Assembly: GCA_028279745.1 (NCBI GenBank)
Contig: JANQNC010000001.1
Span: 1-32,000 of the forward strand
Origin: Candidatus Nanoarchaeia archaeon
GTDB lineage: Archaea; Nanobdellota; Nanobdellia; Woesearchaeales; JANQNC01
Direction of reading: 5' to 3'
DNA length: 32,000 bases
A program made the translations under genes and the position numbers. Below, one piece after another: positions 7,415-15,452 of the stretch. The notes under the pieces are model-generated. The model was given only the letters and a program-made list of their open reading frames with translations. It was not told the DNA's origin and did no database searches. Within the stretch, counting starts at the first letter, position 1; every line of letters starts with the position of its first letter.

Positions 7415-10400
7415 AACAATAGGCATAATCGGAATAATGATCTTGCTAGTTTCACTATTCGTGATAACCGCAACAGCACTAGAAGTAAAACAAGGAACAT
7501 CTGAAGATCTGACAATATTCTTACAAAACTCAAGTTCGGGAGCACCACTGACAGGAATAACCTGTGTGGCAGATGTATGGAACCCATCAAATACAAAGAT
7601 AGTGGATGATGGGGCGCTAACAGAACTAGATGAAGGATTCTACTACTATCCAACAAACGCGGGCTGGACAGACTTGGGAGATTACAGAGTTATGGTCAAA
7701 TGCACGATCTCAGGAGAGAATGTCTTTAGCGCAATGATGTTCGAGATGGTAGCAACAACAATAGAAGAATACCTAGTGGAAATAAACGAAACAACATCGC
7801 AAACTTACGATTACTTACAAAACACACTTTACCCTGCAGTTGATACTTTGGAAGCAAGTGTTGCTGATATAGATAATAACCAAACACAGATCTGGAATAA
7901 GTTGGTTACAGTCGAGTCAGATATTGCGACAAACTACAACGAAATAATGGATGCTCAGATGATGATCGGAGAGATCAACACATCCACTATGGCAGAGCTG
8001 CAAGACCACAGAAATAGATTGGTTGAGATAAACACAACAACCTGGGAGATGCTGGACAACATAACAGACACAGTAAATCCAAAACTGGACCAGTTACAGA
8101 CTGATATTGACTTGATCAAAGGATACACAGATACAATAGAAACAGAACTAAATTGTGGAGCAGTATCAGCAGGAGACGTATGTTCAAAACTTAACGACAT
8201 AATAAGTTACACCGACACAGTTGAATCAGGAATAACAAGCATACAGTCAAACATTGATGACCTTAACGCAACAGTTGACACAAGATTTGATGCAGTAGAC
8301 ACATCACTATCTAACATATACGCGGATACTCAGTCAATCCTAACCTCGGGAGTGCATCTAAGCAGTGAGGATAATGCAACACTATACAACATACTAGGAC
8401 TAGTTACGGATTCAAACACAACAATCTATGATGTCAAGAATTACATGGAAGGAACAGTAACAACATACCTAGCAGAAATCAACACAACAACACAAGAGAT
8501 AAACGCAACTGTAAATGATATCTACAACTATCTACAAAACACAGTCTATCCAGCAGTTGATACTTTGGAAGCAAGCGTTGCTGACATAGATAATAACCAA
8601 ACACAGATCTGGAATAAGTTAGTTACAGTTGAGTCAGATATTGCGACAAACTACAACGAAATAATGGATGCACAAACATTGATGACTAGTGTGAATGACA
8701 CAGTCATGACTGAATTGATAGACCATAGAAACAGACTGATAGAAATTAACACAACAACCTGGGCATCATTAATCAACATAACACTAGAGGTAGTGCCAAA
8801 GATAGATGCAGTTCAAGCAGATACTGATGACTTACAGACAGAGCTAGCACTAGTCAAGAATTATGTAGACAGTCTAGAAGATGGACAATCTGATCTGTAC
8901 AATAACTTAACAGTAATCCAAGGATACACAGACACACTAGAGACAGGGATAACCGGATTAGAAAATGACATCTCAACACTGAACAACACCGTAAGTGGAA
9001 GGTTAGATACAATTGACACTTCATTATCTGATATCTACACAGATACACAATCAGTCATTAACTCAGGAGTTAAACTAGATGCAATAACAAACGTAACACT
9101 GTATGATGTGTTATCAAAAGTAACTGATACAAATGCAACAATCGCAGAAGTCAAGACCTACTTAGAAGGACCAGTAATGACATTACTGGCTGAGATAAAC
9201 ACAACAACACACGGAACATATGACTATCTGGTTAATACTGTCTACCCAGCAATTGATACGCTAGAAACAAGCATGGCAGAAGTTCAAAACAATAACTCAC
9301 AAATCTGGACAAAAGTAGTAGAGATACAAAATAATGTGACCAATAACTTTGATGAGATATTGGCTGTGCAGAATACACTACAAGAAGTTAACACAACAGT
9401 GATGGTAGAACTAGTTGACCACAGACAAAGACTGATAGAACTGAACACAACAACTTGGGATATCTACATCAACATAACACATGAAGTAGTGCCAAAGATA
9501 GATGCAGTTCAAGCAGATACTGATGATTTACAAACAGAGTTAGCATTAGTGAAAGATTATGTTGATACATTGGAATTGGGTCAGCAGACAATAATCGGAA
9601 ACATCTCTGCAGTGCAAGTAGTTGTCGATGCAATCGATGTAAACACAACAGAACTTGAAGGACTTATATCGGGACTTGATGATATGCTTGACTGTGATGG
9701 AAGTGGAGACGGAACAGTATGTCTATACCTAGAAGCAATCAACACAACAGTTGGAATAATAGATGACAATACAGATAGTCTGGAAGCAGGACAAACAACA
9801 ATAACAAACTATGTAGATACACTTGAAGGTGGACAAACAACAATACAAAACTACGTAGACACATTAGAAGACGAACTAAACTGTGTAAGTCCGGCGGCAA
9901 GCGATGTATGTTCACAACTGAGTACAGTACAATCTTACGTGGACAGTTTAGAATCTGGCCAACAAGCTATAATCGGAAACATCACAGCAAGTGAAACAAC
10001 AATCACCTCACAACTAACAACAATAGAGAACTATGTTGACACAGTGGAAACACAGCTAGTAGGATTATCTTCAGACATAAGCGACTGGGAAGCAAATGCA
10101 ACAAGCAGATTTGATGCAATAGATGCTTCATTAACAAACGTGTATGCAGACACACAACAGATAGTCAACTCGGGAGTGAAACTAGATGCAATTACAAACG
10201 TAACTCTATATGATGTGTTATCAAAAGTAACTGACGCAAACGCAACAATAGCAGACGTAAAAACATACATGGAAGGAAGCTTGACAACACTAATCTTGGA
10301 CGTGAATGCAAGCATAACAGAAACGATAGAGTTTGAGAGTAATTTAACAAGAAACCAGATAATGGATATGATACAAAGTAATGTAACGTCTATATTGTCA

Positions 10401-13400
10401 GCAATAAGCACCAACGGAGCAGACATAAACTCAATATTGACCAAATGGGGAACATACAACGCATCAGGAATAGTAGATGAGATAACTGTAAACAGAAATG
10501 AAATAACAACAATGCAGTCATGGTTGGATGCATTTAATACAACAGAACAGGCAAGACATAATGAAAGCATGGATCTAGGACAAGAGATATTGAACTGGTT
10601 AGGAATCTACAATGGAACAGAGGCACAGAGACACAACATAACACAATCATTACTGAATGAGCTAGTTGCAAACATGACAGACTCAATCAACTTGTCAAAC
10701 GAAATAATCGCACAGTTAGGAATTAATGCGTCAGCAACAACAGTCTACGATGAACTTGTGGCATTAAGCAACCAAAATAACCAGATAATCACTTTGACAA
10801 ATGAGATCAATCTAACAACACACAACATAGACACTAACTTGATAGAGCTAAACACAACAATCTCACTGATCAAGACAGACACGACAGACTTACTAGGTAA
10901 ATGGGGCACATATAACTCATCATCAATAATGGATCAGCTAACATTGATGGACGGTAAACTAGACATAATCTCAACTTCCTCATTAAACAACACTGATGTG
11001 CTTAACGCAGTTGCACAGATGGAATCATTGCTAAATGAAACCCGAGCAGAAATCGGATTTAATGGAACAGGAATAACAGCATACGAGTACTTAGTGAATG
11101 TGGATTCATTCCTGACAGAGATGAATACAACAATAATCAACAAGATAGAATTTGAAGGAAATTTAACAAGAAACTACATCGTTGATGTGATCAACTCAAA
11201 CGTATCAACATTAATTAGCGAAATAAATTCCAATGAAGGAAAACTAGACTCGCTGTTGGCTAAGTGGGGAAGTACCAATGCAAGCTACATACTAGAAAAC
11301 ATTACAGAAAACAGAGACAAGCTGATCACGATAGAAGGATGGCTAGATGCATTTAATGTTACAGAGCAAGCAAGACATAATGAAAGCATGGATCTAGGAC
11401 AAGACATACTGAACTGGTTAGGAATCTACAATGGAACTGAAGCACAGAGACATAACCTAACACAAGGGTTACTGAATGACTTGCTTACAGAGATAGATGC
11501 AAATGAGAACTTGTCTAACATAATCATATCAAGAATCGGCTACAACGGAACTGTGCCAACAACACTGTATGAGGACATACAGACAATCATAACACAAAAT
11601 ACAGATATAACAATCCTCGTCGAAGAAATCAACATAACCTCCCACACTACATTAGAGATAGTGAATGAGACTATGGTGCCTAAATTAGATGCAATGCACA
11701 CAACAACACAAGACATACTAAGCAGATGGGACACTTACAACGCAAGCCAGTTATGGGAGAAGACAGGAGTCACAGAAACAAAAGTAGACACGATGCAGGC
11801 ATGGTTGGATTCATTCAACACATCAGAACAGACTAAGTATGGTAGTGTGATTGCAGAACTAGATGCAGTAGATGCACTAATTGGAGATGTGAGAAATGAT
11901 ATTGGGGTTAATGGATCAGGACTTTCAGTATATGATAATCTAGTTACAATTGACAATAAGATAGTTGATATGAACACAACACTGTACATCAAGATGGAAG
12001 TGGAGAGTAATTTAACAAGACAGGAACTTAAAGACATGATAAACGCGAATGTGACATCATTACTTACCGAGATAAATGAAAATGAAGGAAAACTTGACAC
12101 GCTAAGCACAGACTTAGGAAATGTATCACTAGTTTCATTGATGGCGAACGTAACAGAGGCAAGAAACCAACTAACAGGATTAGAGAATTGGCTAGATGAG
12201 TTCAATGCAACTGAACAAAACAGAACAAATGATGTGATAGACTTCCTGAACAACATAATACTGCCAGAGATAGATATGACTGAAGAATTGACAAATGACT
12301 TGATAACACAAGTAGGATTTAATGGAAGCAATGAAACACTGCTAGACAAACTTTTAGACATAAGACTTCAACAAGATTATGTTGCAAACGCAACACAGGT
12401 ATTGATCACAGTTGGAAACAACTTGACAACACTCTTGTCAGAAAACTCACAAAAGATGGACCTGCTAAAAACATCAGTGGATCTGTCAACAGTATACATC
12501 TCAGCAGTTTACACAAAATGGGGAGCATACAACATGCAAGACATATACAACAAACTTAACCTGATAGAGTTGAAAGTTGACATATTAGACTTTTCAAACA
12601 TATCAACACTGATGAACAGGTTTGACGACATAGAGCTTGCAATAAACCAAACAAGAGCAGAACTAGGATTCAATGGAACAAGCATGTCAGCATTCGAATC
12701 ACTGCTGAATTTACAGACACAGATGAATGCAGTAAATAGTTCGTTACAAGTTGCAATAGAGACACAAGGGAATCTAACAAGAACACAAATTGAAGACAAA
12801 ATCACAAATGCGACAGCGACAATAGTGAATGAAGTTAACGTGAATGAGAACCACTTGTACGACATACTAGACAAATGGGGCAACGTAACAGCAGAAGACA
12901 TAATCACAAACGTAACAGACGTAAGAAATGGCATTACAGCAATAGAAGCATGGTTGATAGCATTCAACACAACAGAACAAGACAGGCATGATAACGAAAC
13001 AGGACTAGTACAATCTGTACTGGATTGGCTAAACGTATTCGGAACAACAGAAGCAGAAAGACACGATGCGATAATGGGCAACATAACAGAAACGATAACT
13101 TTGATCAACACAACACAAGGAATAGCAAATGAGATCATAGCACAGATAGGATACAACATAACAAACAGAACTGTCTATGAGGACATACAACAATTGCTAG
13201 CAAACACCGTAAACATAACAGGCGGAACAGGAAGCATAACCGGAATCAACTATGTCATACTAGAAAACGGAACAAACATGATAGCATTACCGATGCAGCC
13301 AACAAACACCTCAATCGAATCAGTGATGGGTGTGTTGGCAGATAACTATTACAGAGTGGATTGGTACAACGACACAAGCAGTTCATGGCAGACGTACAAT

Positions 13401-13496
13401 CCACAAGATCCATTTGGAAACGACCTATACACGATGGAAACAGGAAAAGCATACAAGATATGGGTACAGGAGGACGACGTACTTTTCATAAGCTAA
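7404..13496 (+). CDS. Giant (2030 aa) secreted protein, predicted alpha-helical/coiled-coil and heavily N-glycosylated; putative fibrous surface protein
   Basis: AAGGAG sits upstream of ATG 7404. Signal peptide: MKSKTIGIIGIMILLVSLFVITATA/LEVK. The protein comprises a ~95-aa beta-rich N-domain and then ~1800 aa with heptad-like hydrophobic spacing. It is built from two families of long internal repeats. My hand count finds roughly 90 N-x-S/T sequons. An ~85-aa beta-rich C-terminal domain follows. Confidence 0.9.
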   Translation: MKSKTIGIIGIMILLVSLFVITATALEVKQGTSEDLTIFLQNSSSGAPLTGITCVADVWNPSNTKIVDDGALTELDEGFYYYPTNAGWTDLGDYRVMVKCTISGENVFSAMMFEMVATTIEEYLVEINETTSQTYDYLQNTLYPAVDTLEASVADIDNNQTQIWNKLVTVESDIATNYNEIMDAQMMIGEINTSTMAELQDHRNRLVEINTTTWEMLDNITDTVNPKLDQLQTDIDLIKGYTDTIETELNCGAVSAGDVCSKLNDIISYTDTVESGITSIQSNIDDLNATVDTRFDAVDTSLSNIYADTQSILTSGVHLSSEDNATLYNILGLVTDSNTTIYDVKNYMEGTVTTYLAEINTTTQEINATVNDIYNYLQNTVYPAVDTLEASVADIDNNQTQIWNKLVTVESDIATNYNEIMDAQTLMTSVNDTVMTELIDHRNRLIEINTTTWASLINITLEVVPKIDAVQADTDDLQTELALVKNYVDSLEDGQSDLYNNLTVIQGYTDTLETGITGLENDISTLNNTVSGRLDTIDTSLSDIYTDTQSVINSGVKLDAITNVTLYDVLSKVTDTNATIAEVKTYLEGPVMTLLAEINTTTHGTYDYLVNTVYPAIDTLETSMAEVQNNNSQIWTKVVEIQNNVTNNFDEILAVQNTLQEVNTTVMVELVDHRQRLIELNTTTWDIYINITHEVVPKIDAVQADTDDLQTELALVKDYVDTLELGQQTIIGNISAVQVVVDAIDVNTTELEGLISGLDDMLDCDGSGDGTVCLYLEAINTTVGIIDDNTDSLEAGQTTITNYVDTLEGGQTTIQNYVDTLEDELNCVSPAASDVCSQLSTVQSYVDSLESGQQAIIGNITASETTITSQLTTIENYVDTVETQLVGLSSDISDWEANATSRFDAIDASLTNVYADTQQIVNSGVKLDAITNVTLYDVLSKVTDANATIADVKTYMEGSLTTLILDVNASITETIEFESNLTRNQIMDMIQSNVTSILSAISTNGADINSILTKWGTYNASGIVDEITVNRNEITTMQSWLDAFNTTEQARHNESMDLGQEILNWLGIYNGTEAQRHNITQSLLNELVANMTDSINLSNEIIAQLGINASATTVYDELVALSNQNNQIITLTNEINLTTHNIDTNLIELNTTISLIKTDTTDLLGKWGTYNSSSIMDQLTLMDGKLDIISTSSLNNTDVLNAVAQMESLLNETRAEIGFNGTGITAYEYLVNVDSFLTEMNTTIINKIEFEGNLTRNYIVDVINSNVSTLISEINSNEGKLDSLLAKWGSTNASYILENITENRDKLITIEGWLDAFNVTEQARHNESMDLGQDILNWLGIYNGTEAQRHNLTQGLLNDLLTEIDANENLSNIIISRIGYNGTVPTTLYEDIQTIITQNTDITILVEEINITSHTTLEIVNETMVPKLDAMHTTTQDILSRWDTYNASQLWEKTGVTETKVDTMQAWLDSFNTSEQTKYGSVIAELDAVDALIGDVRNDIGVNGSGLSVYDNLVTIDNKIVDMNTTLYIKMEVESNLTRQELKDMINANVTSLLTEINENEGKLDTLSTDLGNVSLVSLMANVTEARNQLTGLENWLDEFNATEQNRTNDVIDFLNNIILPEIDMTEELTNDLITQVGFNGSNETLLDKLLDIRLQQDYVANATQVLITVGNNLTTLLSENSQKMDLLKTSVDLSTVYISAVYTKWGAYNMQDIYNKLNLIELKVDILDFSNISTLMNRFDDIELAINQTRAELGFNGTSMSAFESLLNLQTQMNAVNSSLQVAIETQGNLTRTQIEDKITNATATIVNEVNVNENHLYDILDKWGNVTAEDIITNVTDVRNGITAIEAWLIAFNTTEQDRHDNETGLVQSVLDWLNVFGTTEAERHDAIMGNITETITLINTTQGIANEIIAQIGYNITNRTVYEDIQQLLANTVNITGGTGSITGINYVILENGTNMIALPMQPTNTSIESVMGVLADNYYRVDWYNDTSSSWQTYNPQDPFGNDLYTMETGKAYKIWVQEDDVLFIS
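7836..7954 (+). repeat. 119-bp near-identical direct repeat, copy 1 (pairs with 8553..8671)
   Basis: Hand alignment gives 115/119 identical. The four differences (T/C, T/C, G/A, C/T) all fall on third codon positions and are synonymous. Both copies encode AVDTLEASVADIDNNQTQIWNKLVTVESDIATNYNEIMDA. Confidence 0.9.
8553..8671 (+). repeat. 119-bp near-identical direct repeat, copy 2 (pairs with 7836..7954)
   Basis: Same alignment as copy 1. The offset is 717 nt (239 codons), in frame. Confidence 0.9.
10320..13200 (+). repeat. Intragenic tandem repeat family B (four units of ~254-283 aa)
   Basis: The anchor motif (E/Q)(S/G)NLTR recurs at 10341, 11160, 12009 and 12771 (offsets 819, 849 and 762 nt, all in frame). 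The best-conserved block, WLDAFN(T/V)TEQARHNESMDLGQ(E/D)ILNWLGIYNGTEAQRHN, lies at 10521-10660 and 11340-11479. Hand alignment of that block gives about 124/140 nt identical. Units 3 and 4 are more diverged. Confidence 0.85.
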
Positions 13497-13497
13497 G

Positions 13498-15402
13498 ATG
13501 AATAACAAAAAACTAATCTGGATGTTTGTATTCATGGTTTTACTAGTGTCAACTGTAGCATTAGCAAAGCAACCAAATCCAGAAATCTACTGGGGAAGAG
13601 TATACCTAGATGGAAGCTATGCTCCTAACGGAGGAGTACTAACGGTAGAAACAGCATCAGGTGAGCTATTGATAAATGAAACACTGCCAAAATCAGGAGG
13701 ACATCCAGGAAGTTACAGTATAAGCGTACAGTTTGATGACTTGTTAACTAATGCAACAGATGAAGGAGCAGAGAATCTAGAACAGTTAGTCTGGAAACTA
13801 GATGGAATAGAAGTTGTAACTCCATTGAATGACACAGCAGTCATAGGGGAGACAAACAACGAGTTTAATGTAACTGCAGTAACAATACCGCAAGTGACTA
13901 TAGGGAATTTGTTCTACACCTCAATCACAGTAGGACAGGTAATAAATGACACATTATCATTGGATAATACCGGAGCAGGAGATGGAGACGTAACAATAGC
14001 ACTTAACTATAATGCAAGTGCGTATGATGTGACAACAAATCTGCCATTGACACCAACACTTTCCGCAAATAGTTCAACAAATGAAAGAATAGAAATAATA
14101 CCAAACGCATGCGGAAGTTATAACTTAAGCTTACAGACAGATGTCTTGGACACAGCAGGAAGACTAAGAACAACAAAATCACAAGACATAACATTTGATT
14201 ACACAGGACCTAATCTTGTTGTGACTAACATAGATTCAGGAACGTTGACAGTGAATGAAGTAGCACAGCTAAGCGTAAAAGTACAAAATAGTGGGAATGA
14301 AGATATAACAGGATTTAACACAAGCGTAAAGATAGATAATGTAGAGATAGGCAACACTTATGCTAACTACACTTTAACAGAGGATGAGAACTTATCAATA
14401 GGAACACTCTGGACTCCAACATCTGCAGGAACATACAACATAACTGCGGAGATAACAACAACAGAGCTAGAATGCACATCAACAGATAACATATTCAGTA
14501 AAATAGTAACAGTACAAGCAGCAACATCAGGTGGTGGAGGATCTGGTGGATCAGGAGGATCTGGTGGGGGAAGTTCATCAGGAGGAAGCTGCACACCAGA
14601 ATGGGAATGCACAGAATGGGGCGAATGCGGATACTTCAGCGGTGTAAGAACAAGAACCTGTGAAGACAAAAAAGAATGTGGTACACTGTTTAACAAACCA
14701 GAAGAAGAGGAACAGTGTAGAGGGGTTCCTGCATGCACAGATGGAATGCTAAACGGACAAGAGGAAGATATAGACTGTGGAGGATTATGTGAAGCATGCC
14801 CTATACAAACAGCAGAAGAAGAAAACAAACCAAAAACTAACCTGATTACGGGTGATGCAGTTGATCAAGAAGAGAAAGGAATGCAAAGAATACTAGACTT
14901 CCCATCACTACTGCTGGCATTTATGACATTAGTGTTCCTAATGGGATATGTGTTCATCTACAAAAATATGGACGCACAATCATATGAACAATACAGCGTA
15001 AAGATATTAGATGATCCAGGAACAAAGAAACAATATGCATATGTGCCATTTGAGTACATGATGCAGGCAGCAGACATAATAGATAACGTACATAGTTCAA
15101 AGCTGTCACAAAAAGCACTAAAAGAACAATTTGAAAAACAAAAATACAGTCCGGTTGTAGCAAGACTAGCATTGAAAGCAGTCAGATCAACAGGTGTGGT
15201 GATGAAGAATGAGGCAAGAATAAGAAAAGAACTAGCTGCTTTAGAGATAGGTAAAGAAGGATATGACTACATAAGCTATACAACATTATCAAAATCAGTA
15301 AAACTGATGGCAGAACTATTCAAAGTAATAAAAGACGATAAAGAAAGAAAAAAGATAGTGAAATTAGCTGTTGCAGGACTGGGCAGCGTAAAAACAGAAT
15401 AA
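13498..15402 (+). CDS. Type I membrane surface protein: signal peptide, beta-rich and CARDB-like domains, Gly/Ser linker, two Cys-rich modules, one TM and a ~145-aa cytoplasmic tail
   Basis: The start lies 1 nt after the giant gene's stop. Signal peptide: MNNKKLIWMFVFMVLLVSTVALA/KQ. CARDB-like segment: LVVTNIDSGTLTVNEVAQLSVKVQNSGNEDITGFNTSVKIDNVEIG...TSAGTYNITAEI. Linker: SGGGGSGGSGGSGGGSSSGGS. Cys-rich region: CTPEWECTEWGECGYFSGVRTRTCEDKKECG...C, then CTDGMLNGQEEDIDCGGLCEAC. TM: FPSLLLAFMTLVFLMGYVFIY. Confidence 0.9.
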   Translation: MNNKKLIWMFVFMVLLVSTVALAKQPNPEIYWGRVYLDGSYAPNGGVLTVETASGELLINETLPKSGGHPGSYSISVQFDDLLTNATDEGAENLEQLVWKLDGIEVVTPLNDTAVIGETNNEFNVTAVTIPQVTIGNLFYTSITVGQVINDTLSLDNTGAGDGDVTIALNYNASAYDVTTNLPLTPTLSANSSTNERIEIIPNACGSYNLSLQTDVLDTAGRLRTTKSQDITFDYTGPNLVVTNIDSGTLTVNEVAQLSVKVQNSGNEDITGFNTSVKIDNVEIGNTYANYTLTEDENLSIGTLWTPTSAGTYNITAEITTTELECTSTDNIFSKIVTVQAATSGGGGSGGSGGSGGGSSSGGSCTPEWECTEWGECGYFSGVRTRTCEDKKECGTLFNKPEEEEQCRGVPACTDGMLNGQEEDIDCGGLCEACPIQTAEEENKPKTNLITGDAVDQEEKGMQRILDFPSLLLAFMTLVFLMGYVFIYKNMDAQSYEQYSVKILDDPGTKKQYAYVPFEYMMQAADIIDNVHSSKLSQKALKEQFEKQKYSPVVARLALKAVRSTGVVMKNEARIRKELAALEIGKEGYDYISYTTLSKSVKLMAELFKVIKDDKERKKIVKLAVAGLGSVKTE

Positions 15403-15407
15403 GAAAA

Positions 15408-15415
15408 TTTATAAG
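15408..15415 (+). promoter_or_regulatory. Possible internal TATA box for the K/E-rich gene
   Basis: TTTATAAG lies 37 nt upstream of ATG 15453, the same spacing as at 21564/21609. Confidence 0.4.
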
Positions 15416-15452
15416 CAAACAGTTCCAAAAAAACAAAAAAAGAGGTAGATAG

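Larger units (their letters stand above)
7790..10290 (+). repeat. Intragenic tandem repeat family A (units of ~232-239 aa; three full units plus an expanded or partial fourth)
   Basis: The anchor motif YPA(V/I)DTLE recurs at 7836, 8553 and 9249 (offsets 717 and 696 nt, in frame). 8790-8870 and 9486-9566 share an identical 41-nt core. 9061-9170 and 10168-10277 are clearly homologous (offset 1107 nt). The third unit is expanded by short YVD(T/S)LE-GQ-type repeats (~9540-10060). Confidence 0.85.

Noticed and set aside
7048-7656. 202-aa minus-strand ORF spanning the junction of two plus-strand genes
   Set aside because: It lies antisense to two ORFs with signal peptides and SD sites. Its composition (L/S-rich) is typical of antisense to acidic coding sequence.
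7836-8671. Near-identical repeat pair inside a surface-protein gene, considered as a diversity-generating retroelement template/variable repeat pair
   Set aside because: The four mismatches are synonymous transitions, not adenine-specific non-synonymous changes. Both copies are in frame within one gene, and no reverse transcriptase ORF is present in the window.
10031-13159. Several 179-216-aa minus-strand ORFs inside the giant gene (10031-10570, 11735-12361, 12509-13159)
   Set aside because: The plus-strand codon bias (stop-poor on the antisense strand) explains them. They break at different points in each repeat unit, while the plus frame is continuous and repeat-conserved.
7790-13200. Periodic repeats, considered as a CRISPR array or non-coding satellite
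   Set aside because: The periods are 696-849 nt, all multiples of three, and lie inside a single uninterrupted 2030-codon ORF. There is no short repeat/spacer alternation.
14367-14828. 153-aa minus-strand ORF with a PPPDPPDPPDPPPPD tract
   Set aside because: It is antisense to the Gly/Ser linker and Cys-rich module of the plus-strand membrane protein, so the proline tract is simply the complement of GGN codons.
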